Shown: positions 50,770 through 64,000 of the stretch, one piece after another
Numbering within the stretch: the first letter of the stretch is position 1
Layout: the number at the start of each line of letters is the position of its first letter
Translations under genes and position numbers: made by a program
NCBI RefSeq assembly: GCF_006345805.1
Contig: NC_043010.1
Location: forward strand, 36,580,001 to 36,644,000
DNA: 64,000 nt
Reading direction: 5' to 3'
Source: Octopus sinensis
Lineage: Eukaryota
Notes under the pieces: generated by a model
Database searches by the model: none
Told to the model about the DNA's origin: nothing
Seen by the model: the letters and a program-made list of their open reading frames with translations, nothing else

Positions 50770-51190
50770 CTCTTTACTCTTTACTCTTTTACTGTTTCAG
50801 TCATTTGACTGCGGCCATGCTGGAGCACCGCCTTTAGTCGAGCAAATCGACCCCGGGACTTATTCTTTGTAAGCCCAGTACTTATTTATCGGTCTCTCTT
50901 TTGCCGAACGCTAATGACGGGGCGTAAACACACCAGCATCGGTTGTCAAGCAATGCTAGGGGGACAAACACAGAAACACAAACATATACACACACATACA
51001 AATATATATATATATATACATATATACGACAGGCTTCTTTCAGTTTCCGTCTACCAAATCCACTCACAAGGCTTTGGTCGGCCCGGGGCTATAGCAGAAG
51101 ACACTTGCCCAAGATGCCACGCAGTGGGACCGAACCCGGAACCATGTGGTTGGTTAGCAAGCTACTTACCACACAGCCACTCCTGCGCCT
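50770..51190 (-). mobile_element. SINE family A
   Basis: Full length, reversed; head ends acacagccactcctgcgcct. Confidence 0.92.
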
Positions 51191-51268
51191 ATATACATAC
51201 ACATATATACATACGTTTATACACACACACGCATGTATGTATATATATCTATATAGAAAGATATAGAT

Positions 51269-51331
<63 letters not shown>

Positions 51332-51884
51332 TAGATATATACATATTTATGTATACATGTAACGTATGTATATATGAATAAAATATGCATGCACGCGCAC
51401 ACGCACGCACACACTCACACATATATAATAAAGGGATGATAATTGTTCAATCCATGCTACATATGTTTCAATAGCATGCCATTTTATTAATAATTTGTGC
51501 ATTACATCACATAAAACGGGAAAATTCTTAATTGATTACTTAACTAATTAATCGATTTATCGTCTTAAAGCGTTAAACTGTCAAGTAGTCACATACTCCC
51601 TTTCTTTCTCTGTCATCACTCATGTCGTAGCTCACTCATCATGAACTAACCACTGTATACGACAACACTTGTCTCTCCACTAATTCCTCTCAACACTCAT
51701 CAATCATCCAGTCTTCAACCCACTAAAACAAAACAAAAACAATAATTAAAGCTAAAAAAAAACACATTAAAACAAAAGAAAAAAACAAACAAAATAGAAG
51801 CCGACAACCCAATGGAATGATATTTTTCAGCAATGTAAATGCTTGTAGAGAAACAAACTTACAAAATAAACTAAGTTGAATATC

Positions 51885-52205
51885 ATGGCTCAGTGGCTAG
51901 AGCGTCCGACTGACAACCATGAGTTAGTGAGCTCGATTCCCGGAACGGGTTGTGTATTGTGTTCTTGAGCAAGACACTTTATTTCACGTTGCTCCAGTTC
52001 ACTCACCTGTAGAAATGAGTTGCGACGTCACTGGTGCCAAGGTGTATCGGCCCCTTTGCCTTTCATCTTGGACAACATCGGTAGCGTGGAGAGAAAAGGT
52101 TCTTATGCGTGGGCAACTGCTGGTCTTCCATAAACAACTTTGCCTGGACTTGAACCTCAGAGGGTAACTTTCTAGGTCATTCATGACCGAAGTGGGGGTC
52201 TTTTT
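51885..52205 (+). mobile_element. SINE family D-like
   Basis: catggctcagtgg..gctcgattccc..gttcttgagcaagacactttatttcacgttgctccag. Confidence 0.82.
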
Positions 52206-52214
52206 ACTCTTGAA

Positions 52215-52430
52215 TAACATGGTTTATAATTTTGGTATAAGGACACAAGTTTCAAAGAATGGGAGTTAGTCGTCTGCATTGACCCCCAATACTTGACTGG
52301 TACTTTATTTTATCGACCCTAAAAGAATGAAAGATAAAGCTGACCTTAGCAGGATTCGAATTCAGAATTCTGCCAGAAAAATGTCGCAAAGCATTTTTAC
52401 CAACGCTCTATCATTTATGCTAGCTAATGG
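52215..52430 (-). mobile_element. Degenerate SINE family B
   Basis: gactggtactttattttatcgaccc..ggattcgaattcagaa. Confidence 0.6.
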
Positions 52431-53499
52431 CTTAACTTCTGTGTTTGCAATAGCTCCTCTATTCCTTGTGACTGGATCATGAAAAGAGAAAAAAAATTGT
52501 CTCCTCGACACCGTTATGTCCGTCTTTGAACTCACTGTATATGCCACTTTATAACGTGGACTTATAATAACAAGTTTATAACAATACAAATATAAACCAG
52601 AAACAACATGTAACAAACAATATCTCTTCTCAATGACTTCTAAAACTGTCTTCATTAAGCACCTGCACACACCACACTGTCATTCACTGACAGTGCGCAT
52701 ATGCCTTTATACGGTTTAGGACAGTTGATTTGCTTTTCTACAGGGTTGTCAGGATTTCACCATAGCAAATCCTGAATCCAAAGAAAAAGGAACGAATAAT
52801 TAGTCCTAAGGAGGACTCGTAACAAAATTGGATAAGTTTAATTACCGCGAGGAACGGAGAAAATAACGTTTCGGACAGAGAGAAATAATAGTGTCATCGC
52901 TTGTCGTGTTGATCAGTAAATGGTAGATATATAGATATAAAAAAAGCATAGTGTGACTTAACTGGTCTAGTTTCACCGTTTTACAACACACTCCATGAAC
53001 TTGAAAATATAAAAAGAGAAAAATATCACAGATAAAATACTACAAACACACACACATATATTGGCGTGCGCACGTGTATATATGATATATATATATATAT
53101 ATATATAGTTATATATATATATATATATATGGGTGTATGTGTGTATGTGTGTGTGTATTCACAAATAAAGATAAAGGCATATGTGTATGTGTGTGAGCGT
53201 GTGCGTATGTGGTGAGAGGTGGTATGTGTGTGAGCGTGCGTATGTGTATGTATGTATATATATATATATATATATATATAAATATATGGGTGCAGTGTGT
53301 GTGCGTGTGTGCGTGTATGTGTGAGTGTGTGTATGCAGATGTAAATATTTACTTAAGGTTATTAAAGCAATTTTTAGAATAATAACTAACGGGACAGCAC
53401 TGAAGTGCATTCTAGCCTTAACGAAAATTGTTTAACAGTATACACGTGTATACATGTGTTTGTATATATGAGTATATGTATGTGTGCCTGTGTGTAGTG

Positions 53500-53531
<32 letters not shown>

Positions 53532-53548
53532 AACGCATACAAATCTCT

Positions 53549-53596
<48 letters not shown>

Positions 53597-53624
53597 ATAA
53601 GAGAACAACGTGTGACGTACGGCC

Positions 53625-53960
53625 GCTTGCTATGAAATATATAAAATACAAAATGGGACAAGACGCAAAACATCTGGACAACTAGGTGATACAAAAAGGG
53701 ACAACAAAACATCCAGATAGACGATGCAAAAAAACAAGGACGGGTCATTCGAAGCCTTTTATCCTCAGTCAAGAACCGGATCATCCTCGCAATTTAGGCT
53801 GATTAATCTTGAGATTGCTCCAATCTGGCCAGCCCCAAGGAAAAACTAAGCTAAGAGCATTAGATTCCTTGGAAAAAAGCATCGAATGTATACGAAAACA
53901 AGGACAGAAAAACAGACGATGTTACACGAATATAAATACAAAAATACAATAAATATACAA
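53625..53960. mobile_element. Unclassified interspersed repeat, copy 2, followed by (AAT)n
   Basis: Matches 30190-30520 in the same orientation. Confidence 0.75.
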
Positions 53961-53974
53961 TAAATACAAAAATC

Positions 53975-54039
<65 letters not shown>

Positions 54040-54061
54040 GTGAAGCTGCTTGGCACAGCTT

Positions 54062-54391
54062 GACCTTGAACTCTGCTGTGCATGCGCACTAGGTTTTAAC
54101 GTTCTCGCTCCCTTTCACTGTTTATAGCAATTTCAGTTAGGTTTCATTTGCTCAAGATCTACTTTATTGTGTCTAGAACGATGAAGACTTTTTGAAAACT
54201 TTGCGTAAGCCTCTGAGCAGGCATCGCCAAGCTTTCAGCAAAACCTGATGCAGATTCTCTGCCCAGCTTTCTCTGTTATGGTCAATGCGACGATCACACG
54301 CTACACACCTTCCTTCCAAGTACCGTTGTAAACAGCGGAAGTGAGCTAGAACGTTAAAACGTAGTGTGCATGCACAGCAGAGCTCAAGGTC
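54062..54391. mobile_element. 330-bp MITE-like element with ~67-bp imperfect TIRs
   Basis: 54062-54128 vs the reverse complement of 54325-54391: 9 mismatches, no gaps. No TSD recognised. Confidence 0.7.
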
Positions 54392-55014
54392 TTTACTCCG
54401 TGTGCTTTTGCTTCGTTACTATGGCAACAGTCCGGATACATATTGATCAGACCTCGTACATGCACACATACATATATGCATACATATATATACATAGACA
54501 TTCATATATGTATGTATGTGTGTATGTATGTATGTATGTATGTATGTATGTATGTATGTATGTATGTATGTATATATGTATGTATGTGTACGCATACATA
54601 CACACTCGTAATATAAATGACCAACCTTATCACATGCTGTCATACAGAATCTACCAATATATTACAACAACATAAATGTCTGTGAATTAATTTATTTTCG
54701 ATTATGTCCGTGATCTTCGCATTCATTCCGTTATCTGTGTGATATCGTTAAGCATAAAATTTCTTTCGAAAGCTTCCTAGTTGACGACATGCAGGGAAAA
54801 AATATAAGCAGTGATTACATTCCCAAAGGACGGATGTCCTGGGAAGAAAGATTTGTACCGTGTTGGTTAATGTGGTATCTCGAGCAGATACAATACGGAT
54901 AATGTTCGGAGAGATACTCGCACCGTTTGTGCATTAGTGGTGATACCTCGAGACTAGCAAGTTCCGGGGAGTAAGATGGGGCACGGTAGTATCAATAGAA
55001 AAGGTAGAAAGAGG

Positions 55015-55310
55015 AAGAGAGAGAGAGAGAGTGAAAGAGAGAGAGAGAGAGAGAGTGAAAGAGAGAGAGTGAAAGAGAGAGAGAGAGAGTGAAAGAGAGA
55101 GAGTGAAAGAGAGAGAGAGAGAGTGAAAGAGAGAGAGTGAAAGAGAGAGAAGGCGGCAAACTTATAATCAGAAACTGGAGTATATAGGGGAACGACTTTT
55201 TTATGGTGGTGGTGGAGGTGGAGTGGTGGTGGTGGTGGTGGTGGTGGTGGTGGTGGTAGTGGTGGTGGTGGTGATGGTGGTGGTGGTGGTTTTGATGGTG
55301 GTGGTTGCAG
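55015..55310 (+). repeat. (GA)n-type tract followed by (GGT)n
   Basis: Direct reading. Confidence 0.9.
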
Positions 55311-55717
55311 ACAAGGATATCCATATGTGTTGTTGTGGTTCAGTGACAGAGTGGCACAGTGGCACAGTGTCGCGTGCGAGATCAATACACTAATGGGGTC
55401 TCAATTTAGCAATGTAGCAGCTGAACTATTTTCTAGATCTATAGAGGAAGGCCGATGATGCAATCTTTTCAGGATTGAAGATGTGATTTTGTAAAAATAA
55501 GTTCTCCGTGATGGCGATCTCCATCAATATCAATAGCTTTCTTGGTGGTTCTGGCTTTGTGGTGGTCAGCTTTAGAGGGAAACGTTAATGCTTCATGATA
55601 TACATATGTATGCATGTATCTATCTATCTATCGATATATATATCTGTCTGTTTGTTGACCCCTGTCTGTCAGTCTGTTTATCTATCTATCGATATATATA
55701 TATATATATGTATATAT

Positions 55718-55830
55718 ACGATGGGTTGCTTTTCGTTTCCATATTTTAAATTCACTCACAAGGCTTTGGTAGGCCCGAGCCTATAGTAGAAGACACTTGC
55801 CCAAGATACCAGGCAGTGGGACTGAACCTA
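55718..55830 (-). mobile_element. SINE family A, internal fragment
   Basis: ttcactcacaaggctttggtaggcccgag..gggactgaacc. Confidence 0.8.
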
Positions 55831-57342
55831 GAAACCGTTTTTCATAAGCGTGTTGAGGACCTTCTGCGATTCGCTTTGGATTTCGACAACGTTGTTAAAA
55901 CGGCGACCTTTGAGCTGCAATTTCATCATTAGGAAGAGATGGAATTCCGCAGGTACTAAATTTGGTTAATAGGGCGGGTGGAGAAGCGATACCAGGTTGT
56001 TTTTACAACAATCTCACGAGCGATGAGAGTTCGGTGACAGGGTGAATTGTCGTCGTGAAGAAACCAACTTTTGGCGCCTCACAGATCAGGTCTCTTTCAC
56101 TGAACATCTTCCCTCAAACGCTTCAAAACGTCACAGTAGGACTCTTGAATGACGGTCTGTCCCTGGAGGATGAATTCTTGATGCACATACCGCGGATGTT
56201 GTAAGAAAAAAAACGTTGATTGAGCATGCTCTTGATTGAGAAAAAAAGTCACTATTTTATTCAACCCTATAACAATTCCTGTTAGATCGCAGCCTTTGCC
56301 TCTTTTTCCTAATAATCCTTTCCAATATCGCCAAAAAGGGCTAAAAATCAACCCCAGTTCTTATTTTATCGACCCCGGCGGAATTTGTACTCAGAATCTT
56401 AAGAACGAGATGTCGCTAAGCATTTTACTCGACTAACGGTCGTGGAGATAAATGGTTCTTCCATTGTGACGGCAGCTGCTTCGTCTTAGGGTCGTAGCCG
56501 AAGACCCAACTCTAGTCACCAGCGATGATCCTCGACCTTGAAGGACATGTCATCAGCAATTCGCCAAGGGAGAACTTGACAGGCTGCGGCGCTATGTTCT
56601 GTCTGCTCAGTGGTCAGCAACGGGAAATACAATTGGCAGATACAAGCCACATGTTCAATTCAAACTTTAGCATACATACGACAGAACAACAATATCAGAC
56701 GATATCGGCGAACTGGCACAATCGTTAGCACGCCGGGCGAAATGCGTAGCCGTATTTCGTCTGCCGTTACGCTCTGAGTTCAAATTACGCCGAGGTCGAC
56801 TTTGCCTTTCATCCTTTCGGGGTCGATTAAATAAGTACCAGTTACACACTGGGGTCGATATAATCGACTTAATCCGTTTGTCTGTCCCCCTCTATGTTTA
56901 GCCCCTTGTGGGTAGTAAAGAAATATAAATATCAGACGATTTTCATGCACAAACTGATTAATTTTCTCAACATTTCTTGGGGTTTTCCCGCTCGCTCATC
57001 GTTTTCCAAGGTCGTTCTTCCGTTTCTGAGGCATCCGTGCCACTCGAAACATGGCATATGACTCATTGTCTCGTCACCGTAAGCTTACCGAAGCATGCTC
57101 CAATATACCTGTGGCAGATTTCTCAAGTTAAACAAAAAGGCTCGTTGTTCCAACTTCCTGACCATGACAAAATCGCAGATTACAGGATACATGTGATCAC
57201 GGGAACACAAATGTCACAAGCTGCAAAGTAAACACAGCGATGTCACTCGGCACACTGCCTCATGACGGTCACTGCTAGCTCTCACTGCGCTCGAAACCGT
57301 GTGCTGCCATCTGTTGGCGCGCTACAGAACTTTTGATACGTA
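55830..57342 (-). mobile_element. Decayed mariner (DD34D-type) transposon with nested SINEs
   Basis: AYGDETMS..CFEWH..GRTTLENDER; IIAGD*SWVFGYDPKTKQLPSQWK; WFLHDDNSPCH; HPPY*PNLVPAEFHLF..LKGRRF; 5' end near TA at 57341. Confidence 0.88.
56704..56927 (+). mobile_element. SINE family B monomer with a perfect 13-bp TSD
   Basis: aatatcagacgat at 56691-56703 and 56928-56940. Confidence 0.93.
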
Positions 57343-57441
57343 TATAAAGATACATGCACAAATAGATATATGTTAATGTGTACACACGCATTAAAAATAT
57401 ACATGCACCCGTCTTTTTACGTTTCAATTTCTCTGTCTTGC

Positions 57442-57483
<42 letters not shown>

Positions 57484-57885
57484 TTTATAGAAGGAGCTTC
57501 TACAGGACTAGAACTGTTTCATTCAGATGAAATATATATAGCAACCCCCCCCCCCTCATATATATATATATATATATATGAGGGGGGTACATGTGTGTTT
57601 TGTGTGTGTGTGTGTGTGTGTGTTTGGTGTATGTTATTTTTGTTCAATATGTGGGTGTGTATATATGTAGGTAGATACACGCACACACACACACATATAT
57701 ATATATGTATGTGTGTGTGTGTGTGTATCCGTTTATACGCATATAATATACATATATATGCATACAAATGTACAGATATAAAAATATGCATAAATACATA
57801 TATACATGCACACATACATATATATATAAGCGTGGGTATTTGTTGTGTGTGTGTGTGTATGCGTGTGTGTGTGTGTGTGTGTGTG

Positions 57886-58358
57886 TACGTGCGTACGTGT
57901 TGTTTATTGTTGCATACAGTGTGCGCCTTTTCGATCATACCAGTCGGGAATGAGACACTACGAAAAGGTCACGGACACTCAGCCCACCCCACACTCCTTC
58001 TGACTAATTAAAAGGGTGGCATACACACACACACTCTCTCTCTATCTCTCAAACACCACACACACACCACTCGCGCGCGAGCACACACACACATACCACA
58101 ATGCTGCCTTAGTGTTTAGTTAGTGCTGGCTGATAGTAGCTACAAGGTCTGTGCGTGTGCGCGCGCGTGTGTATGTGTGTGTGTGTGTATGCTGTGCGTG
58201 CGTGTGTGCGTTTGTGTATGTATGTGTGTATATGTATATACAGTAGAAATACGACCACTGACCTGAAAACCTAGTTCAGCGTTGTTCTTTCCCTGCTAGA
58301 TATACAAACACACACTGGCTTTGTATATGTTTTCATTTTCACACACACACACACACAC

Positions 58359-58391
<33 letters not shown>

Positions 58392-58453
58392 TCACACACA
58401 CACACACGCACATATATAAATACGCACAAACATATGTATGCATATGTGTGCCC

Positions 58454-58503
<50 letters not shown>

Positions 58504-58712
58504 ACTTGTAGCACAAATATACATGACTATACATAGATATGTGTGTATATATATATATATATATATTATATGTGTGTGTGTGTGTGTGTATGTATGTATA
58601 TATATGTGTGTGTGTATGTATGTATATATATATGTGTGTGTGTCTGTCTGTGTGTATGTGGTGTATGTGGGTATATTCGTATACACACGTACACACTGGC
58701 ACACACACCCAC

Positions 58713-58751
<39 letters not shown>

Positions 58752-59257
58752 TGTGTGTGTGTGTGGTGTGTGTGTGTGTGGTGTGTGTGTGTGTGTGTGT
58801 GTGTACGTGCGTACGTGTTGTTTATTGTTGCATACAGTGTGCGCCTTTTCGATCATACCAGTCGGGAATGAGACACTACGAAAAGGTCACGGACACTCAG
58901 CCCACCCCACACTCCTTCTGACTAATTAAAAGGGTGGCATACACACACACACTCTCTCTCTATCTCTCAAACACACACACACACACACTCGCGCGCGAGC
59001 ACACACACACATACCACAATGCTGCCTTAGTGTTTAGTTAGTGCTGGCTGATAGTAGCTACAAGGTCTGTGCGTGTGCGCGCGCGTGTGTATGTGTGTGT
59101 GTGTGTGTATGCCTGTGCGTGCGTGTGTGCGTTTGTGTATGTATGTGTGTATATGTATATACAGTAGAAATACGACCACTGACCTGAAAACCTAGTTCAG
59201 CGTTGTTCTTTCCCTGCTAGATATACAAACACACACTGGCTTTGTATATGTTTTCAT

Positions 59258-59307
<50 letters not shown>

Positions 59308-59373
59308 TCACACACACACACACACACGCACATATATAAATACGCACAAACATATGTATGCATATGTGTGCCC

Positions 59374-59419
<46 letters not shown>

Positions 59420-59616
59420 AACACTTGTAGCACAAATATACATGACTATACATAGATATGTGTGTATATATATATATATATAATATGTGTGTGTGTGTGT
59501 ATGTATGTATATATATGTGTGTGTGTATGTATGTTATATATATGTGTGTGTGTCTGTGTGTGTGGTGTATGTGGGTATATTCGTATACACACGTACACAC
59601 TGGCACACACACCCAC

Positions 59617-59687
<71 letters not shown>

Positions 59688-59800
59688 GTGTATGTATGTT
59701 ATATATATGTGTGTGTGTCTGTCTGTGTGTGTGTGGTGTATGTGGGTATATTCGTATACACACGTACACACTGGCACACACACCCACGTATATTATATAT
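57886..59800. repeat. Tandem duplication, ~918 bp period, plus a partial third unit
   Basis: Unique blocks (ttgcatacagtgtgcgccttttcgatc..; cagtagaaatacgaccactgacctg..) recur at +918; differences lie mainly in microsatellite lengths. Confidence 0.93.
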
Positions 59801-60118
59801 ATATATATATATATAGATAGATTTATGTATACAAAGCTTATAGCTTATTTATATCTTTCTTTCCGCGACCTCTTCTCCCCTTTCTCATCTTTCAACACAT
59901 TCCTCCTCCTCTCTCTCTCTCCTTCTCTCTCTCTCTCTTTCTTTCTCTCTCTCTCTTACTTTCTCTCTCTCTCTCTCTCTATTTCTCAACCACTCTTTAT
60001 GCATATATGCATACCCTATCCCTTCTATTTCTATATATATATATATATTGATCAATACACAGCGAGGGTACACTCACACGTACACACCCACACATGGATA
60101 TATATATATAATATATAT

Positions 60119-60179
<61 letters not shown>

Positions 60180-60181
<2 letters not shown>

Positions 60182-60415
60182 TCTCTTTACTCCTTTACTT
60201 GTTTCAGTCATTTGACTGTGGCCATGCTGGACCATATCGACCCCCCCCCAGGACTTACTCTTTGTAAATCTAGTACTTATTCTATTGGTCTCTTTTACCG
60301 AACCGCTAAATTACGGGGACGTAAACACACCAGCATCGGGGACAAACACAGACACACAAACAAACAAATACACACACGCACACACACAACACACACACAC
60401 ACCACACATACATAC

Positions 60416-60466
<51 letters not shown>

Positions 60467-60635
60467 ATATGCAACGGGCTTGTTTCAGTTTCTGTCTACC
60501 AAATCCACTCACAAGGCTTTGGTCGGCCCGAGGCTACAGTAGAAGGCACTTGCCCAAGGTGCCACGCAGTGGGATTGAACCCGGAACCATGCAGTTCGTA
60601 AGCAAGCTACTTACCACACAGCCACTCTTACGCCT
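60180..60635 (-). mobile_element. SINE family A
   Basis: Full length, reversed. Confidence 0.9.
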
Positions 60636-61167
60636 ATATATATATATATATATATGCACATTCACATCGTGTTTATATACGTATAAGCTATACGTTCATA
60701 TATGCTTTATATAGATATACAAACTACGTATGCACATACACTCATACATACGCACACACACACACACACACACCACATACACACACTAACACACACATAC
60801 ACACATACTAATACATCCAAGTATGTTCTGAAAACTGACAGGCTGTTGTTAAGTCTTTATCCCAGATCACTTCGTCAGAAACAGTCTTGTAATGAAAGGC
60901 GTTCCAGACGTGACCATCTGTCTTGTCCTTTTTCATATCAGTAACTACATCGGTTATCAATTCGCTTTGCAAGATTCCTGATGTGAAATCGTGTATTGAA
61001 ACCGATATTGTTGCATTTCGGTACGGTCATTTAAACACACGCACTGTAAATTTTTTCGTGTACTACTGTTCTTATTAAAAAAAACGACCATCTCAAAATA
61101 CAACAGTACCTACAGTCTCTTGTCTATTTGTTTTTCTTGTCTTTTTTTTTTTTTTAGTATGTCATTT

Positions 61168-61390
61168 GCGGAGGTACGTGGCTCAGTGGATAGGGGTGTT
61201 AGATTCATGATCGCCAGATTGTGGTTTCGATTCCTGGACCTTGCAACGCGTTGTGTTCTTGAGCAAAACACTTCATTTCATGTTGCTCCAGTCCACTCAG
61301 CTGTTAAAACGGAGTAACCTTCTGATAGCCCGGCGTCCTGTCCAGGTTGGGAATTTATACGCCATGGAAACCAGCAAACTGGGATCTTTG
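61168..61390 (+). mobile_element. SINE family D
   Basis: gcggaggtacgtggctcagtgg..ggtttcgattcctggacc..ttgagcaaaacacttcatttca. Confidence 0.85.
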
Positions 61391-61861
61391 TGGTTTTCGT
61401 CACTGCTTACAATTTTGCTCCAGTTGTTTTCAGATTTGGTATATGGATTAAGTTTTGTATCCTAATCATGAAAATGAAATTCATTTTCCCTATAAATCCT
61501 TAATTAAAAAGTTATTAGCCTTTAAAATCTGCAAAATTTGGGTATTTTAGCTAATCAGAAGCGAGTATTTCACACATCACCGTGGCGAAAATCTCCGTTT
61601 CCTTAGTAACCAAAGATACTGCGTTTATCAGTCGGCATGGCTTGAGAAGGTAACTTGACCTTTAATATAATTATTAAGCAATTGGTTACATTCTCGAAAC
61701 TACAAAGCGTTTGATTTAGCGAATATTCTTGATGTAAATGAAATTAGAATTAGAAAATCGTTTTTTAAACTCCGCCGTTGCTATATTTGCCTTGCTGTTG
61801 TGCAGTAGCGCCATCTTTTGAGAAATTAAGAAATATTGGCTTTTCGTCTCAATGAACAAGT

Positions 61862-62278
61862 ATACTCTTTTACTCTTTTACTCTTTTACTTGTTTCAGGC
61901 ATTTGACTGCGGCCATGCTGGAGCACCGCCTTTAGTCGAGCAACTCGACCCCAGTACTTATTCTATCAGTCTCTTTTTGCCGAACCGCTAAGTGACGGGG
62001 ACATAAACACACCAGCATCGGTTGTCAAGCAATACTAGGGGGACAAACACAGACACACAAACACATACGCACATATATATATATATATATATATACATAT
62101 ATATACATATATACGACGGGCTTCTTTCAGTTTCCGTCTACCAAATCCACTCACAAGGCTTTGGTCGGCCCGAGGCTATAGTAGAAGACACTTGCCCAAG
62201 GTGCCACGCAGTGGGACTGAACCCGGAACTATGTGGTTGGTAAGCAAGCTACTTACCACACAGCCACTCCTGCGCCTA
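61862..62278 (-). mobile_element. SINE family A
   Basis: Full length, reversed. Confidence 0.92.
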
Positions 62279-62314
62279 TACTGTTATGTTCCCTTGACAC
62301 TTGAGTGCCTAGAA

Positions 62315-62716
62315 CAATGGTTTACGACCGGGCTCCATATGACCATTGTGGGTCCATATGTGACATTTTTTGGTGGCGGCGGCGGCGACAGTGGTGGTGG
62401 TGGTGGGGTCCATGCAAAGCAAAGTAGTAAATTGTAAATGCACAGTAATACATTAAGGATCTTCGGTGAAATTTTGTTTTAAATGTAATTATTGGGGGCG
62501 GGGTGACAAGAAAAAACAAACAAATCGGTTTCTTTTCTCTAACATTTTGCACGGTTCGTCCTACACAAGTTATTGTGCCACATAAAAAAAAAAATGGAAT
62601 TTTGAAAGAAGTATCTGTAAAACCAGTTCATAAACATCGAGTGACTATGGGGGTCTGCTAGAGTAAAATAGGAACCAACGGGGGTCCTTAGATACAAAAG
62701 TGGTTGAGACCCACTG
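62315..62716. mobile_element. hAT (Charlie-like) MITE
   Basis: TIRs caatggtttacgacc / ggttgagacccactg; 8-bp TSD gcctagaa (62307-62314) / gcctggaa (62717-62724). Confidence 0.75.
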
Positions 62717-62827
62717 GCCTGGAACATTTTTCATTCGCCACCAGGCAATGGTGTAGCTATAGTGTATGCAACGTGGGGCGGCCCTTCAGTTTTCCGCTCC
62801 CAAGCCCCAACAAAAAATATATATTGC

Positions 62828-63240
62828 ACAGGAGTGGCTGTGTGGTAAGTAGCTTGCTTACCAACCATCTGGTTCTGGGTTTATTCCCACTGCGTGGCAC
62901 CTTGGGCAAGTGTCTTCTACTATAGCCTCGGGCTGACCAAAGCCTTGTGAGTGGATTTGGTAGACGGAAACTGAAAGAAGCCCGTCGTATATATGTATGT
63001 ATATATATATGTATGTGTGTATATGTTTGTGTGTCTGTGTTTGTACACCCCCCCCAACATCTCTTGACAACCGATGGTGGTGTGTTTACGTCGCTGTAAC
63101 TTAGCGGTTCGGCGAGAGTGACCGATAGAATGAGTGCTAGGCTTACAAAGAATAAGTCCTGGGGTCGATTTGGTCGACTAAAGGCGGTGCTCCAGCATGG
63201 CCGCAGTCAAATAACTGAAACAAGTAAAAGAGTAAAAGAG
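62828..63240 (+). mobile_element. SINE family A
   Basis: Full length with (agtaaaag)n tail; possibly nested in an older element with caatggtgtagcta / tagctacgc ends (~62746-63425). Confidence 0.92.
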
Positions 63241-63526
63241 AGTAAGAGAGTGATTATATAAATTGTTACATTTCACGGTGAGTAGTGTCCCTGTCCCGAC
63301 ATTAACACCACTGTCATTTGACTTCAGTACAGCCTATACAGGCTTACAGCCTACAGCAGACCCAAGAATGGTGTGCTGCCCGGGGCGGACCGCCCCCTTT
63401 CAGCCCTCCTCTAGCTACGCTTGTACATCCAGGTCTTCGGTGGTGTCACAAACCAGTTCCAATCTTGGTTAGCAGTGGTAGAGTCGTGCGGTCACCATGG
63501 TACGTTGCATGAATAATCACAGATAG

Positions 63527-63908
63527 GAGCACTCCGTCGGTTACGACGATGAGGGTCCCAGCTGATACGATCAACGGAACAGCTTGCTCGTGGAATTAAC
63601 GTGCAAGTGGCTGAGCATTCCACAGCCACGTGTACCCTTAACGTAGTTCTCGAGGAGATTCAGCATGACACAGAGTGTGACAAGGCTGGCCCTTTGAAAT
63701 ACAGGTACAACAGAAACAGGAAGAAAGAGTGAGAGAAAGTTGTGGTGAAAGAGTACAGCAGGGTTCACCACCAACCCCTGCAGGAGCCTTGTGAAGCTTT
63801 AGGTGTTTTCGCTCAATAAACACTCACAATGCTCGGTCTGGGAATCGAAACCGCGATCCTACGACCGCGAGTCCGCTGCCCTAACCACTGGGCCATTGCG
63901 CCTCCACA
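63527..63908 (-). mobile_element. SINE family C, full length
   Basis: Reverse complement of 17790-18180. Confidence 0.93.
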
Positions 63909-64000
63909 TAATCACAGAATAGTTAAGGTGAAGTGCATAGTGTGATCTACTAGAACAATATCTGGGGGCGGGGGGAGAATCACTAGGTAGGTAATCACAG

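Noticed and set aside
52745-52810. Plus-strand exon after the strong acceptor gatttgcttttctacag
   Set aside because: All three frames stop before any donor, and there is no other evidence for a terminal exon.
57921-57978. Hairpin ccttttcg..cgaaaagg as a pre-miRNA
   Set aside because: Only 8 contiguous pairs, followed by a large asymmetric bulge.

Overview
Eukaryotic, almost entirely non-coding, repeat-saturated DNA. The SINE families and extreme microsatellite density point to an octopod cephalopod (inference from recall, not a database search). There is a 100-N scaffold gap at 33968-34067. No host protein-coding gene can be called with confidence. Nearly all long ORFs in the track are translations of microsatellites, and only weak candidate exons exist. 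Recognisable content: about 40 copies of four tRNA-headed SINE families (here called A-D); decayed Tc1/mariner relics (one DD37D/maT, two mariner); MITEs (Tc1/mariner-type, hAT-type, one unclassified with long TIRs); two Helentron/HINE-like elements; and LINE fragments (Tx1/L1-like x2, an RLE-type R4/Dong-like element with a (TAA)n tail, RTE x3). It also holds Penelope-like (PLE) GIY-YIG fragments, a 9 x 60 bp tandem array and a ~0.92 kb tandem duplication. The most interesting signal is a set of minimal type I hammerhead-ribozyme motifs. Three copies of one family sit in a PLE-like terminal repeat (14504-14538 +, 17614-17647 +, 39383-39417 -). A second family forms the 3' end of a tRNA-headed SINE-like element that also carries an inverted copy of the same motif at its 5' edge (38161-38491). 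This suggests a Pol III SINE/retrozyme hybrid mobilised by Penelope-type machinery. Element boundaries are read by eye and are approximate unless a TSD or TIR is quoted.
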